From contig OZ024759.1 of assembly GCA_964016885.1 (NCBI GenBank), forward strand, positions 25,234,001 through 25,298,000: 64,000 nt of DNA, read 5' to 3'. This document shows, piece by piece, positions 13,590 through 28,450 of this stretch. Position 1 is the stretch's first letter, and every line of letters starts with the position of its first letter. The notes beneath the pieces were generated by a model. It was given only the letters and a program-made list of their open reading frames with translations. It was not told the DNA's origin and made no database searches. This stretch comes from Eledone cirrhosa. Taxonomy: Eukaryota. A program made the translations under genes and the position numbers.

Positions 13590-13990
13590 AAGTTAAATAA
13601 AAAGTCAAATGTTTAAAATTTAGCTTCGTTTATTACTGCTATATATATTTCAGTGACAGCCATCTTTGGCTGTGATTCCAGTTCCTCAGTGAAATAACAA
13701 CCCAACCAGGAACTGGGCATATCAGAGTATTGACAATATTATACACCTCAACAACATATGTACTTGTCTATACCATACTAATTCAAACTGCCTCAAGAGG
13801 TCACAGCCAAAGATGGCTGTCACTGAAATATATATAGCAGTAATAAACGAAGCTAAATTTTAAACATTTGACTTTTTATTTAACTTTATTTTACATTACT
13901 CCGGAGTAACCAAACCAACCTGCGCCCTTCGTCGAGTGCTCCAGCCTGCATACTGAGGTGTTGGTATACAACCAACATAAACTCAAAATC
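13583..13990 (+). mobile_element. Inverted-repeat element (93-bp arms, 125-bp spacer, ~97-nt tail) with a hammerhead-like motif; Penelope-like terminus
   Basis: Arms 13583-13675 and 13801-13893 are perfect reverse complements; hammerhead-like fold at 13787-13841; (TA)n flanks. Confidence 0.75.
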
Positions 13991-14013
13991 TATATATATA
14001 TATATATATAGAG

Positions 14014-14048
<35 letters not shown>

Positions 14049-14418
14049 AAGAGAGATAAATAGATAGACAGACAGACTGACAGATTGAATGTATATAAAC
14101 ATATATACATAAATATTGTAATATTGAATATATATATATATATATTGTAATATAGAATATATATATATATACATATATATATTGTAATATAGAATATCTA
14201 TCTGTCTATATATATTATATATATACTGTATATATATATATTATATATTATATATATATTATATATATATATTATATATATATTATATATATATATATAT
14301 ATAATATATATATATATATAATATATATATATATTATATATATATATATATATAATATATATATATAATATATATATATATATAATATATATATATATTA
14401 TATATATATATATATATA

Positions 14419-14756
14419 TCATCATCATAATCATTTTACGTCCACTTTTCCCTGCTTGCAAGGGTGGGACGGGAACTGATTCTGGCTTGATTTCTACAGC
14501 TGGATGCCCTTCCTAACACCAACCACATTTACAGTGAGTGATGGGTGCTTTTTTGCCGTGGCACCTCCACGACCACTTTGCAGTGGAATGATAGGGACCC
14601 CAGTCCCTATCATCTCATTTCTACAGCTGAGTAAACTGGAGCAATGTGAAATAAAGTGTCTTGCTCAAGGACACAACACATCGCCCGGTCTGAGAATCGA
14701 ACTCACAACCTTTCGATTGCAAGGCCAATGCCCTAACCACTAAGCCATGTGCCTCC
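14419..14756 (-). mobile_element. SINE, family B
   Basis: Close homologue of 4693-5032. Confidence 0.88.
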
Positions 14757-14835
<79 letters not shown>

Positions 14836-14885
14836 TATATATAATATATATATATAATATATATAATATATATATATAATATATA

Positions 14886-14924
<39 letters not shown>

Positions 14925-14925
<1 letters not shown>

Positions 14926-15580
14926 AGGCATAAATAGGCATAAGAGGAATCAAATGCTGTGTGTAGGAGAGGAGATTACAAAGTCAAAGGAAGTCTTGGA
15001 GTAGGGAGACCCAGGAAGACTTGGGTTGAGGTGATAAAAGCTGACCTTGCCCAATTCTCGAAGGCAATGACACAAAATCAAGATCTCTGTGATATGCAGT
15101 AATACAGAAGACCTGACTTCCCACAGGCACAGGCCAAAGCTGAACCATATATAAAGTATACCCCACTCCACCCTCCCATACACTCCCCACGACGACCGGC
15201 CAAAGTAAATGCATCCAACTATAGAAACCAAGCCAGAATCAGTTCTGTATGAGCAAGACATGGTCACCTGACTTAGCATTGTCCACAACAGGACAACTCG
15301 TCTACACATGCTAGCGTGGTAGAATGGAAGTAAAATGGTGATGATGATGATGATGATGATATATATCATCATCATTGTTTAACATCTAACTTCCACGTTA
15401 GCATGGGTTAGATGGGAGTTTTCCCACTTGAGGTAAGATTGGTCGGGTGACCATGTCTTGCTCGTATCGGACTATCTGGCAGGTTTTCTATGGCTGGATG
15501 CCCTTCCTGACACCAACCACATTTACAGTGTGGACTGGGAGCTTTTTACCATGTTACCTACACAACCACATTTCAGCATG
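14925..15580. mobile_element. Two RTE 3' fragments tail-to-tail (+ 14925-15360, - 15366-15580)
   Basis: GVGRPRKTWVEVIKADL remnant and UTR ending in (GAT)n, facing (CAT)n plus the reverse UTR. Confidence 0.75.
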
Positions 15581-15697
15581 AGTGAGAGAGAGAGATAAAG
15601 AGAGAGGGAGATAGAAGTAAATATATATAGAGAGATGGACAGATAGTTAAACAGATAACATGAGTTGTAGTGCACCTGAGCTCTGTACACACTAAAA

Positions 15698-15965
15698 TAA
15701 TAATGAAATTATTGTGTAAAGTACTCAGGTGCACTACAACTCGTCAAAGGTGTATGTATAGTACATAGAATAATACACAAATGTCAGGGAAGTACATGTG
15801 TGTATGTGTTAGCTGTAGTGTTGGCGGATCTCGGGAAGTATGGAGGCCTTAAAGGATGCAGTGTCTCGACAGCTAACAACTGATGCAGGTAGTTTGTTCC
15901 ATGCTTCAGCAACTCTGAGCGTGAAAAAATGTTTCCGAAAGTCATGGGAACTGTGCTGTTTTTAA
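15698..15965 (-). mobile_element. CR1-clade LINE 3' end
   Basis: Minus strand encodes KQHSSHDFRKHFFTLRVAEAWNKLPASVVSCRDTASFKASIL...* (typical CR1 ORF2 terminus), followed by a short UTR and an ATT tail. Confidence 0.85.
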
Positions 15966-16734
15966 AAGTTATTGTTCTACAGCAGGTGTTTTGTTGAAGA
16001 CTATCTCACAGAACTGCTGTCTTGTATTAAGATTCTTAGCAAACATTTTTTAATATATATATATATAAATCTATGTGAAGCAATACTCATTATATATATA
16101 TATATAAATAAATATTTTTGTATATATATATATATATATATATTAATATTTTGTGCGTGTATATATATATATATATATGTATGTGTGTATATATATATGT
16201 GTATATATATATATTAATATTTTTTTGTGTATATATATATATGTGTGTATATATATTTATATATATATGTATATATTTATATATATGCATGTATATATAT
16301 ATAACCATTCATATATATACATACATACACACACACATACAGACAGCCATACATACAGACACACATACATATACCCTCATACATATCCATACATACATAT
16401 ACACACACACATACACACACATACATAGATACACATAGATTCACACAATTACATACGGGCAGACATACATATACCGTCATACATACACAAACATCCATAC
16501 ATATTCTCATATACACACATACATATACATATATACACACACATACACCTACACATACATAGATACACATACATACACACACACACAGAGTTTTACTTTG
16601 TCAAAAATGAAGTAGTTGTGATGAAAGTGGTACCGGTAATATCACACATTACTTTGACTGGAATAGCTTCTGGGAACAGACTTGTTTCATTAGTTTTCAT
16701 TTGTACAAAACCTCTTCAGAGCATTCCTTTCAAA

Positions 16735-17310
16735 ATCACCATCATCATCATGGCAATCATCACAATGGTAATCATCATCACCATCATCATCATGGCAATC
16801 ATCATCATCACCATCATCATCATCATGATAATCATCATCATCATCATCATCATCATGATAATCATCATCATCATCATCGTCACCACCATCACCATGATAA
16901 TCATCATCTCCAACATGATAATCATCATCATCATCACCACCATCACCACCACCACCACCACCACCACCACCATCTCCATCATCATCATCATGATAATAAT
17001 CATCGTCATCATCATCATCATGATAATCATCATCATCATCATCATGATAATCATCATCATCATCATCATGATAATCATCATCATCATCATGATAATCATC
17101 ATCATCATCATCATGATAATCATCATCTCCAACATCATCACCACCACCATCATCATCATCATCATCATCATGATAATCATCATCATCATGATAATCATCA
17201 TCTCCATAATAATCATTGTCATCATCACCATGATAATCATCATCTCCAACATCATCATGATAATCATCATCATCACCATCACCATCATCATCATCATCAT
17301 CATCACCACT
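16735..17310. repeat. (ATC)n-rich trinucleotide repeat
   Basis: Seen directly in the sequence. Confidence 0.95.
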
Positions 17311-17319
17311 TTTTAACTG

Positions 17320-17562
17320 TAGAGAATGTCTCAGGAAAGATTCGCTGGACAGATTTTACAGGTAAAACCTACAGGTAGGAGACCCAGGGGTAGACCCCGA
17401 GCAAGATGGATGGATAACGTCCATGAGCTTGGCTGGTCAAGCTTGGGGATCTAGCCAGATCAGTTGGAGACGGTTGCTTCTGACAGGACCCACTGAGAGG
17501 AGTGTTTGAGGACTCTGCCCCCCACGACCCTCTCAGGAATAAGTGGGCGAAGAAGAAGAAGA
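17320..17562 (+). mobile_element. Rex3/Expander-like RTE LINE 3' end
   Basis: RMSQERFAGQILQVKPTGRRPRGRPRARWMD...LETVASDR with a (GAA)n tail. Confidence 0.82.
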
Positions 17563-18082
17563 TCAATCAATGATAAACATTGATTGCCAGCTAAATCATT
17601 TATAGAAATATAAAAATATATTGAAGTGAAAACCAAACCAAATCAAACAGTGAGTGTATTTTACTATTGTTTTGGCAATATTAAGATAACATGACCCACC
17701 CCAAATATAACAATAATGTAAATAAGGTTATTGTTTTAAGATAATTGGGTAACTATTAAAAAGAAATTAATGGCAAGAGTGCCAGACATTTATATTGAGT
17801 TTTCAAACAACACATACACACACAGTTGATGGACAGTAACATTTAGATTTTAAAACATTTCAAACAATAGACTTAACAGATAGATTTATTGACATCTAGA
17901 CAACAACAACAACTATTAACACTACTACTACTACTACTAACACAACAACAATAATAACTACTACTATGACTAATAGCACACCAACAACAACAACTACTAC
18001 TTCAAACTCAAATCCAGTGTGTCAGTGTTTACGTAGTTAATGACTATTTGTTTTAGTTTTGTGTCAGTTAGTAATCAACACG

Positions 18083-18570
18083 TTAACCCTTTCACTACCA
18101 TACATCTAATGAAAGACACTGTCTATGTCATTAACCCTTTCATTACCATATTTCTAATGAAAGGCACTGTCTATGCCATTAACCCTTTCATTACTATGTT
18201 TCTAATGAAAGACATTGTCTATGTCATTAACCCATTGGCAGTATCGGTAGAGAGTTGGACACCATGCTTTGCAGCATAGAGTTACAGTCCTTTTATGGTC
18301 TGAGTTCAAATCACGTCGAGGTTAACTTTGCCTTTCATCCTTACGGGGTCGATAAAATAAAGTACCAGTAATGTACTGGGTAATGGCTGGCCTTGTGCCA
18401 AAAGTAGAAACAATTATTATATTTCTAATGAAAGACACTGTCTATGTCATTAACCCGTTCATTATTATATTTCTAATGAAAGACACTGTCTATGTCATTA
18501 ACCCGTTCATTATTATATTTCTAATGAAAGACGCTGTCTATGTCTTTAACTCTTTCATTACCATATTTAA
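18083..18570. repeat. 48-bp minisatellite interrupted by a family A SINE (18236-18415)
   Basis: Unit TTAACCCTTTCATTACCATATTTCTAATGAAAGACACTGTCTATGTCA at 18083, 18131, 18179 and 18227; the array resumes after the SINE. Confidence 0.9.
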
Positions 18571-18986
18571 CTCATTTTTTACCTTATAGTATCTTCATTA
18601 GTGGACAAATCATAAAAGTTTGTAGTAAACTAAAGACTTTAATTTTTAACATGATGCAGTTTTATACATTTGCAATAGTATCTCACTTATGTGCTTTCAT
18701 GTGGTACAGGATGTTAAGAAGTAAAGCTTCATACAATAGAACTGAACCAGAAATAACATAATTGTGAAGCAAACTTCTTAGTTACTCTGTCACACCTGTA
18801 CACTGAGGTCAAATGTGGGAGGGTAAAAAAATTGTAAAACTTGTTTCTAAAGATTCTTTAAATACAGAAATTTGCAGACATGCTTTCTTCATCAAAATAA
18901 AAAAAATAAAAAATAAATAAAATAACATAACATAAAATAAAATAAAAACAAAATAAAATGAAATAAAATAAATATATATGTGTGTG

Positions 18987-19055
<69 letters not shown>

Positions 19056-19484
19056 AAAATAAAATATATATATATATATAATAATAATAAATATGTATAT
19101 ATATATAAAATAAAAATAAAATATATATATATATATATATATAATGATAAATATATATATATATAAAATAAAAATAATATATATATATATATATATAAAG
19201 GAAAGAATCTGCTGGAAAATGAAGTTAATTTAACAATCACTTAATAGTTGAAAGAAGTTATTTCAGTGAATAGCAGTGAGAAGATTGTTCCTATTCTTTG
19301 AAAGTATAACAATTTAATTTGATTTTTCAAGCAATTTAAAATATTAAAGAAAGGAAGCAGCTGCCACAGTGATATATACATACACACATATATATATATA
19401 TGTATATATATATATATGTGTGTGTGTGTGTATGTATGTATGTGTGCATGTATGCATATATTTATGCTTCTATATACATATATG

Positions 19485-19542
<58 letters not shown>

Positions 19543-19680
19543 GAAACCAAATAAATGTTTTCTTTAAAGTTGTGGAGATTGTAACTATATTAAGTTAATG
19601 TCACCCTAATTAAATTGGTATTCATAACTAAATATATATATATGTTATATCTATCTATCTACACACACACGTCTATTTAT

Positions 19681-19724
<44 letters not shown>

Positions 19725-19799
19725 CTGTATGTGAAGGCATCTCAGTATTCGCCGCACTGATTTACATTCCAGCAATGCAACACTAGGCATCAAACCTAT

Positions 19800-20410
19800 C
19801 AAGTGCAAGTCAGAGATACCTTCTGTTGAGTTGAGTAACACCATGTCTTCTGCAATTCTAATTGACTGATTTTACATTTCCCTCTCATGATACCACTTCC
19901 AAACCAGTTGCACTTGTCAATCTTGTTCCTTGGCGGAGTCTGACTCTCACATTGAATGGTTTCGAATTAGCATCATTTATCCGAACACAAATACTTGGGC
20001 ATTCATATAGAGACATCAAGGCAGCAAGAAGCTGACCAACCCCATACTCTTGCAGAACCTTCCACAGTAGGTCTCAAGGAATGCAGTGATATGCCTTTTC
20101 AAGGTCAACAAAACAAGAATATACATCTTGGCAATACTCCCATGATTTCTCGAAGACCTGTTGCAAAGTGAATATATGGTCGAATGTGTTGCATCTGAGG
20201 TGAAAACCACACTGTTCATCGGCTAGCTTGAACTCAACAATCTCCCTACATTTCTTTGTTAGACACTTAACGTAAACTTTACCTTGAAGGCTTAACAAGA
20301 AGATCCCTCTGTAATTGGAACAATCTCTCATCTCCCTTTTTGAAAATTGGGATTATCACTCCCAATTGCCATTGCTTAGGTGCCTTTCCAGAGATCCAGG
20401 CCACTGGGCA
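19800..20410 (-). pseudogene. Decayed RTE reverse transcriptase domain fragment
   Basis: PIFKR..DCSNYRGIFLLS...EQCGF...DHIFTLQQVFEKSWEY...CFVDLEKAY, the N-terminal motifs of an RT domain. Confidence 0.88.
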
Positions 20411-20561
20411 TTGAGTGGCTTTATTTCACAGAAGTTAGTTAAACCTTACTTTCTATAAATTGAAACAGAGGGTTAACCAAGCAAACCTTACTTTGTTCTA
20501 AAAATTGAAACAGAGAGTTAACCCAACAAACCTTAATTTCTTCTATTGAAACAAAAGTTAA

Positions 20562-20972
20562 CCCTTTAGTTACCAACCCTGGCCAAAACCGGCTCTGGTT
20601 CTATGAAATAAAACCACCCATTTTAAAGGTTTCCGATTCAAATTATAATCTTCCAACATAAATTTATATAAGAACCTTACATTAAATTACTAGGCAGTAT
20701 CGGTAGAGGGTCGGATGCCATGCTTTGCAGCATAGAGTTACGGCCTTTTACGATCTGAGTTCAAATCCCGCTGAGGTTAACTTTGCCTTTCATCCTGACG
20801 GGCTCGGTAAAATGCACTGGGGTAATTGCTGGCCTTGTGCCAAAAGTAGAAACAATTAAATAAATTACTATCTCAGTCATGAAATAATTAATAATTTTAG
20901 TAAATCCCTCAAAATTCTTTATTAATTTATTGAAATAGATTGTATTTCATTAGTAAGACGGTCATGTAAGGT
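20562..20972. mobile_element. piggyBac-like MITE at TTAA with a nested SINE
   Basis: TTAA-CCCTTTAGTTACC ... GGTCATGTAAGGT-TTAA interrupts a local GTTAACCCAACAAACCTTA repeat at TTAA. Confidence 0.55.
20693..20860 (+). mobile_element. SINE, family A, with 10-bp TSD
   Basis: TAAATTACTA at 20683-20692 and 20861-20870. Confidence 0.9.
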
Positions 20973-21344
20973 TTAACCCAACAAACCTTACATTCTTTTA
21001 TAAATCGAAACAAAAGCTACCCAGCAAATAACCCAACAAATCTTACTTTTGTACACTCTGTTTACAGTATTTGAATATCAATCATTTCAGTTATCTATAG
21101 ATTGATCAGAACAGAGAAAGAAGAAAACCCTTTTGTTTCAATATGATCGATAGGTTCCAGAAAATATTATACATATTTCATGCTTGGAAAACTTTACTGA
21201 TTTCTACCTAAAAAACAAGCTTCTTTTTTTTTTTTTTCCTTCTCTCTTCTTTTCCGTAATCTGAAATCGTCAGAGTTTTTCCATAAATTCTGCTTCTAAA
21301 TTGGAATGTTTCTTTTTTAAAATCCTTTCTCTATTTTATTTCTT

Positions 21345-22692
<1,348 letters not shown>

Positions 22693-22693
<1 letters not shown>

Positions 22694-23915
22694 CATCATC
22701 ATCATCATCACCGTTTTACGTCCGTTCTTCCACGCTAGCATGGGTTAGACGGGTTGTCCTGTTGTGGGCAGTGTCTGGTCGGCTGACCATGCCTTGCTCA
22801 TACAGGAACTGATCTGGCTTGATTTCTACAGCTGGATGCCCTTCCTAACACCAACCTCATTTACAGTGAGTGCTGGGTGCTTTTTCGTGGCGCCTACACG
22901 TCCACTTTACAGTGTGGGCTGGGTGCTTTTTTGCCGTGGCACCTCCACGACCACCTTGCGGTGGGGGGGGGGGGGGGCATATTGTTTATATGCTTCAGCA
23001 TGTACCCATGGGAGGTCGGGTACCCTGTATTACTGCGTGACGCCAGAAGTCACGGTCGTGTGTCATTGACTTTGAGAGGTGTAGTTGGGTAAGGTCGGCT
23101 TTTATCACCTCATCCCAAGTCATCTTGGGTCTCCCCACTCCGCGGTTTCCATCAACTTCTAGTGCTCTGCACCTTTTTATGCAGCTGTCATCCTTCATAC
23201 GCATCACATGTCCATACCAGCGTAACCGCCTCTCCTGCACGCAGCATTTGATTCCTCTTATGCTCAGTCTCTCTCTCAATTCATTTATGCTTTGTCGTTC
23301 ACGTATATTACTGTTACACATCCATCGGAGCATGCAGGCTTCGTTTCTCTCTAATCTACGTAAGTCTTCCACCTTCAGCGCCCAGGTCTCACTACCATGC
23401 AACATCGCTGTTCGGATACACGCATCATACAGTCTGCCTTTCATTCTGAGGGAGAAGCCTTTTGCAGCTAGCAGTGGTAGTAGTTCCCTAAACTTCTTCC
23501 ATCCCGTTCTTACCCTAGTTATTGTACTTTCTGAGCACCCACCTCCGTTGCTAATTCGGTCACCTAGGTAGCAGAAGCTGTCTACTGTTTCTACAGGGCC
23601 CTCCCAGAGATTGGTGGTACTTGTTTCCTGTGGCTGTTTGCTTGCTGTTTCAGCACAGCTGCTGCATGTGAATCCTACATTCTTAATTAAGCTTCCTGAG
23701 ATCCCGCTACATCTCTTGTGTACCCATTGTTTGCATTTGGGGCAAAGAATGGAGTTCCTACCTACACCTTTCCTACATACTGAGCAAGGCCATTTCCCTG
23801 AGGGGATCTGGGTTCTGTTTTCTCGTCTACTTATAAGGACCTTAGTCTTTGTCATGTTGACTTTGAGGCCCTTTCTCTCTAGTCCCTGCTTCCAGGTTTG
23901 GAATTTATTCTCTAG

Positions 23916-23916
<1 letters not shown>
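22693..23916 (-). mobile_element. 5'-truncated RTE LINE; uninterrupted ORF2 remnant 22995-23915 containing a PHD-like finger
   Basis: [50 protein letters not shown] and GRPKMTW motifs, then 3' UTR and (GAT)n tail. Confidence 0.95.
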
Positions 23917-23968
<52 letters not shown>

Positions 23969-24688
23969 CACATATTTGTTTGTCAGCATTTCTTTGTGTT
24001 CTACACACAACATTAGTATATCACAAAACTGAATATTCGTTTGATTTTTTACAACAAATGACATTTCATAGATTTCACATACATACAATACATACATTAC
24101 ATAAATGCATGTATACATACATTACATACCACATGCATACATGTATACATACATACATACATTACATACATACATTATATACCACATACATACATTACAT
24201 ATGTATATTACATACATACATGACATAAATGCATATATACATACATTACATAAATGCATGTATACACACATGCATGTATAAATACATACATTACATACAT
24301 GCATACATGCATACATACAGACACACATGCATGTACACACAGATGCACATACACACACACAAATACCCATGTGCACATGCATACATGTATACATACATAC
24401 ATGCATACATAAACACATTACATACATAAATACATACATTACATACATACATATGTACAGACAGATGTACACACAGATGTGCATACACACACACAATCAC
24501 CCATGTGCACAGAAGAAAGCAAATGAAAGAACGAATTGATAAGTGGGCCTTGGTTGTTGATTTTATATATATAAATATGTGTATCAATAGATAGATAGAT
24601 AGATAGATCAAAGAAACACCTTTGATAGATATATGTATGTATATGTTGAGATAGACCAAACAGAACACTATTGAGATATACATACATA

Positions 24689-25046
24689 CATCATCATCAT
24701 TTTACGTCTGCTTTTCCATGCTTGCAAGGGTAGCACGGGAACTGATTCTGGCTTGATTTCTACAGCTGGATGCCCTTCCTAACACCAACTTCATTTACAG
24801 TGGGTGCTGGGTGCTTTTTTGCCGTGACACCTCCGCGACCACTTTGCTGTGGAATGATATGGACCCCAGTGATGAAATGATAGGGACTGGGGGTCCATAT
24901 CATCTTATTTCTACAGCTGAGTAAACTGGAGCAATGTGAAATAAAGTGTCTTGCTCAAGGAAACAACACATCACCCTGTCTGAGAATTGAACTCACAACC
25001 TTTTGATTGCAAGGCCAATGCTCTAACCACTAAGCCATGTGCCTCC
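24689..25046 (-). mobile_element. SINE, family B
   Basis: Close homologue of 4693-5032 and 14419-14756. Confidence 0.88.
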
Positions 25047-25111
25047 ATATATATATATATATATATATGTATGAATAGAGTATAGATAGACCAGAGATAG
25101 ATAGATTAGAG

Positions 25112-25169
<58 letters not shown>

Positions 25170-25275
25170 CAGAGACAGATAGATAAATAGATATACCAGA
25201 TATATACGTATGTATATATATATATATATATGTATGCATAGAGAGTGAGAGATAGATAGAACATATATGTGTGTG

Positions 25276-25331
<56 letters not shown>

Positions 25332-25333
<2 letters not shown>

Positions 25334-26386
25334 GGTGCTCTGGTGCAATAAGTAGCAGCAAGTGCCCACAAATACTAGCTCTTTCAACTGCGCAGAGGGT
25401 TCTATAGAAATAGTGGACAGCTTCCGTTATCTGGGTGACAAAATCAGCAGTGGGGGAGGGTGCTCCGAAAGTACAGTAGCTAGAGTCAGAACTGGATGGA
25501 AAAAGTTCAGAGAGCTTATACCACTATTAGCCGCTAAAGGGTTCTCCCTAAAAGTGAAAGGCAGGCTGTATGATGCCTGCATACGAACAGCAATGTTGCA
25601 TGGCAGTGAGACCTGGGCATTGTGTGCAGAGGATATACGCAGACTAGAGAGGAACGAAGCTTGCATGCTCCGCTGGATGTGTAATAGTAATATACGCGAA
25701 TGGCAAAGCATAAACGAACTAAGGAAAAAATTAGAAATAAGAGGGATCAGATGTTGTTTACTCGAGAGAAGGCTACGTTGGTATGGTCACGTGATGTGCA
25801 TGAAAGACGACAGCTGTATAACAAAGTGCAGAGCAATAAAGATAGATGGTAGCCACGGAGTAGGCAGACCCAGAAAAACCTGGGACGAGCTGATAAATTC
25901 CGACCTCACACACTTACACCTCTCCAAGACAATGTCACTGGACCGAGACCTTTGGCGGTACTCAGTAACAGAGAAGACCCGCATTACCTAAATACAAAGT
26001 AAAACCTACTACAGTCAGTAGGCATCTCTAACAAAATACACCCCCGTCCCACCACCCCCACCCCATCCACACCGCCCCTTTCAATGTAAAGTTATGTTAG
26101 TGCCACAAAATCCAGGCCGAAACAAATGAGATCGTGTAGGTGTCATGAAAAAAAAAACACACAGTCCACGCTGTAATGTGGCCGTGTAGGCAACACGGTA
26201 AAAACCTCCCAGCCCCACACTGTAAATGTGGTTGGTGTTAGGAAGGGCATCCAACTGTAGAAAACCCGCCAGACAGTCCTATGCGAGCAAGACAACCACT
26301 CTTGCCTCAAGTGGGAAAACTCCCGTCCAAACCCATGCAAGCATGGAACACGGACGTTAAACGATGATGATGATGATGATGATGAT
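25332..26386 (+). mobile_element. 5'-truncated RTE LINE (open ORF2 remnant to 25991)
   Basis: [11 protein letters not shown]...GWKKFREL...HGSETW...GRPRKTW, then UTR and (GAT)n tail. Confidence 0.95.
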
Positions 26387-26649
26387 ATATATATGTATGT
26401 ATAGAGAGAGAAAGAACATATATGTGTATATATATATATATATACAAAGAATAGATATATAGATATACCACAGTTAGATAGATTTACCAAAAGAACAGCA
26501 TTGATATATTTGTCATAAAACATTTTTTTCACTTTTTCATATTAAACATTCAAATGTACAACTTGATGCTGTTTCTATGTAAATCTTCAAAATCAAACAG
26601 TTGACAGACTAGAATCAATAATATATTGACATTTTCTTTTCCTCTTATC

Positions 26650-26935
26650 AACAATGATGATGGCAGTGGTGGTGGTGGAGGTGGTTATGGTGGAGGTGGT
26701 GGTGGTGGTTGTGGTGGTGGTTGTGGTGATGGTGATGATGATGGTGGTGGTTGTGGTGATGGCGTTGATGATGGTGGTGGTGGTGGAGGTTGTGGTGGCG
26801 GTGGTTGTGGTGATGGTGATGATGATGGTGGTGGTTGTGGTGATGGTGTTGATGATGGTGGTGGTGGTTGTTGTGATGCTGATGGTAGTGGGGGTGGTGA
26901 TGGTGGTGGTGATGATAGTGGTGGTGATGATCATC
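26650..26935. repeat. (GGT/GAT)n repeat
   Basis: Seen directly in the sequence. Confidence 0.95.
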
Positions 26936-27169
26936 GTCAACATCATCCCCACCAACACCATCATCACCACCACCATTGTTCAATTGGAAAAGCATCTTTT
27001 TGCTTCCTTCCTCTACCCATTGCAGTTGTATCACTGTGGTCAGGTGATTGCCCCTTGGTCATCGGTGGCATTGGAAATCCCTCAGAAGTCAAACTGTTAA
27101 CATAGATAGGATAAGAATAAAGACCCCATAACTCCTTGTGGAGTCATAGAGGCCCCATACAGCGTCTCT

Positions 27170-27380
27170 AGGGCTCTTTTAAACCTGGCAGAGCCCGTCC
27201 CTCTCTAGGTCTGAACACAGCCGATTTTCTATATAGAGAAAGAATTGACCCCAGTACTGGACTGGTACTTTTTTTTTATCAGCCTTGGCGGGATTTGAAC
27301 TCAGAGCGCGCAATGAGGTTGGCTGAATACCGTAAAGGATTATATCCGATGTCTTAATGACTCTGCCAATTCGCCACCTT
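27170..27380 (-). mobile_element. SINE family A variant with an alternative 3' segment
   Basis: Reverse A and B boxes (GGATTTGAACTC, CTGCCAATTCGCC); the 3' part is shared with 46190-46700. Confidence 0.7.
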
Positions 27381-27809
27381 AACACAGATATCACTCTACC
27401 AATTCTGCTGACCCATTGCCATGGTTTGGTCTCACTTGGGTATCCAGCCTGGTCATTTGGAGACAATTGCTTCTGATAGGACCTTCTAGAAGGTGTATCT
27501 GAAGACTCTACACTTACTGGCCCCCTCCAGGAATAACTGAGAGGACAAGGAGAAGAAGGTACAATCCCCCTTGTATTGTAGCATAAGTGGCTGAGCATTC
27601 CATAGACACATGAACCCTTAATGTAATTCTCAGGGAGATTCAACATAATGCAGTGTGTGACAAGGCTGGCCCTTAAAATTACCAGAACAATCCATCCCAC
27701 AGGATGGCCCTTGACTCTGAGAAGTTCATCTACCCCTTTTACTGTTTCTGTTTGCTTTTTGTTTTGTTTTTTTTTGTGCTGCTGGGATTCCACTTACCCT
27801 CCTCACTAG

Positions 27810-28180
27810 CCCCTGGCTTGGTGGGGGAGCCAGTTTAGTCACCCACTACTCCGCCATCAAGCAGGTAGTACTGGTTTAAATAATACCAGTAGCAGGCAGA
27901 AACTTGGCCTGACCAGAGAAGAGTCTAGTGGGGGAGCTGGTTTAGTCACACACCTCTTGATCATGAAGCAGTTGGTACTGAGTTAGATAGTACCAGTAAC
28001 AGACAGAAGCCTGACCTGACCATGAAGCTGGTTATACTGGGTTACATGGTACCAGTAGCAGGTACCAGGGCCTGATGAAAGAACCAGTTTAGTCACTGAC
28101 TACTCCACCATGAAATAGGTTGTACTGGGTTACATGATACCAGTAGCAGGCTGAAGCCTGACCTGATCATAAGGCCTGGT
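27810..28180. repeat. Degenerate tandem repeat with a TACTGG..TACCAGTAGCAGG core
   Basis: Four imperfect units. Confidence 0.7.
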
Positions 28181-28235
28181 ATATTAAACACAATAGGATA
28201 ATAGAGTAGATTACTATTATTATTATTATTATTAT

Positions 28236-28450
28236 TTCCTTACAGGGTCGATAAAATAAAGTACCAGTAATCTACTGGGTAATTGCTGGCCTTGTGCCAA
28301 ATGTAGAAACAATTATTATTTCTGAGTTCAAATCCCGCCGAAGTCAACTTTGCCTTTCATCCTTACGGGGTTGATAAAATATAAAATAAAGTACCAGTAA
28401 TGTACTGGGTAATTGCTGGCTTGTGCAAAAAGTAGAAATTATTATTATTA
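28236..28450 (+). mobile_element. Two truncated family A SINEs in tandem
   Basis: The central domain and tail occur twice inside (ATT)n. Confidence 0.85.

Noticed and set aside
16618-17378. Poly-His/Ile/Met ORFs (also at 26.6, 33.2 and 46.9 kb)
   Set aside because: Trinucleotide microsatellites open in several frames.
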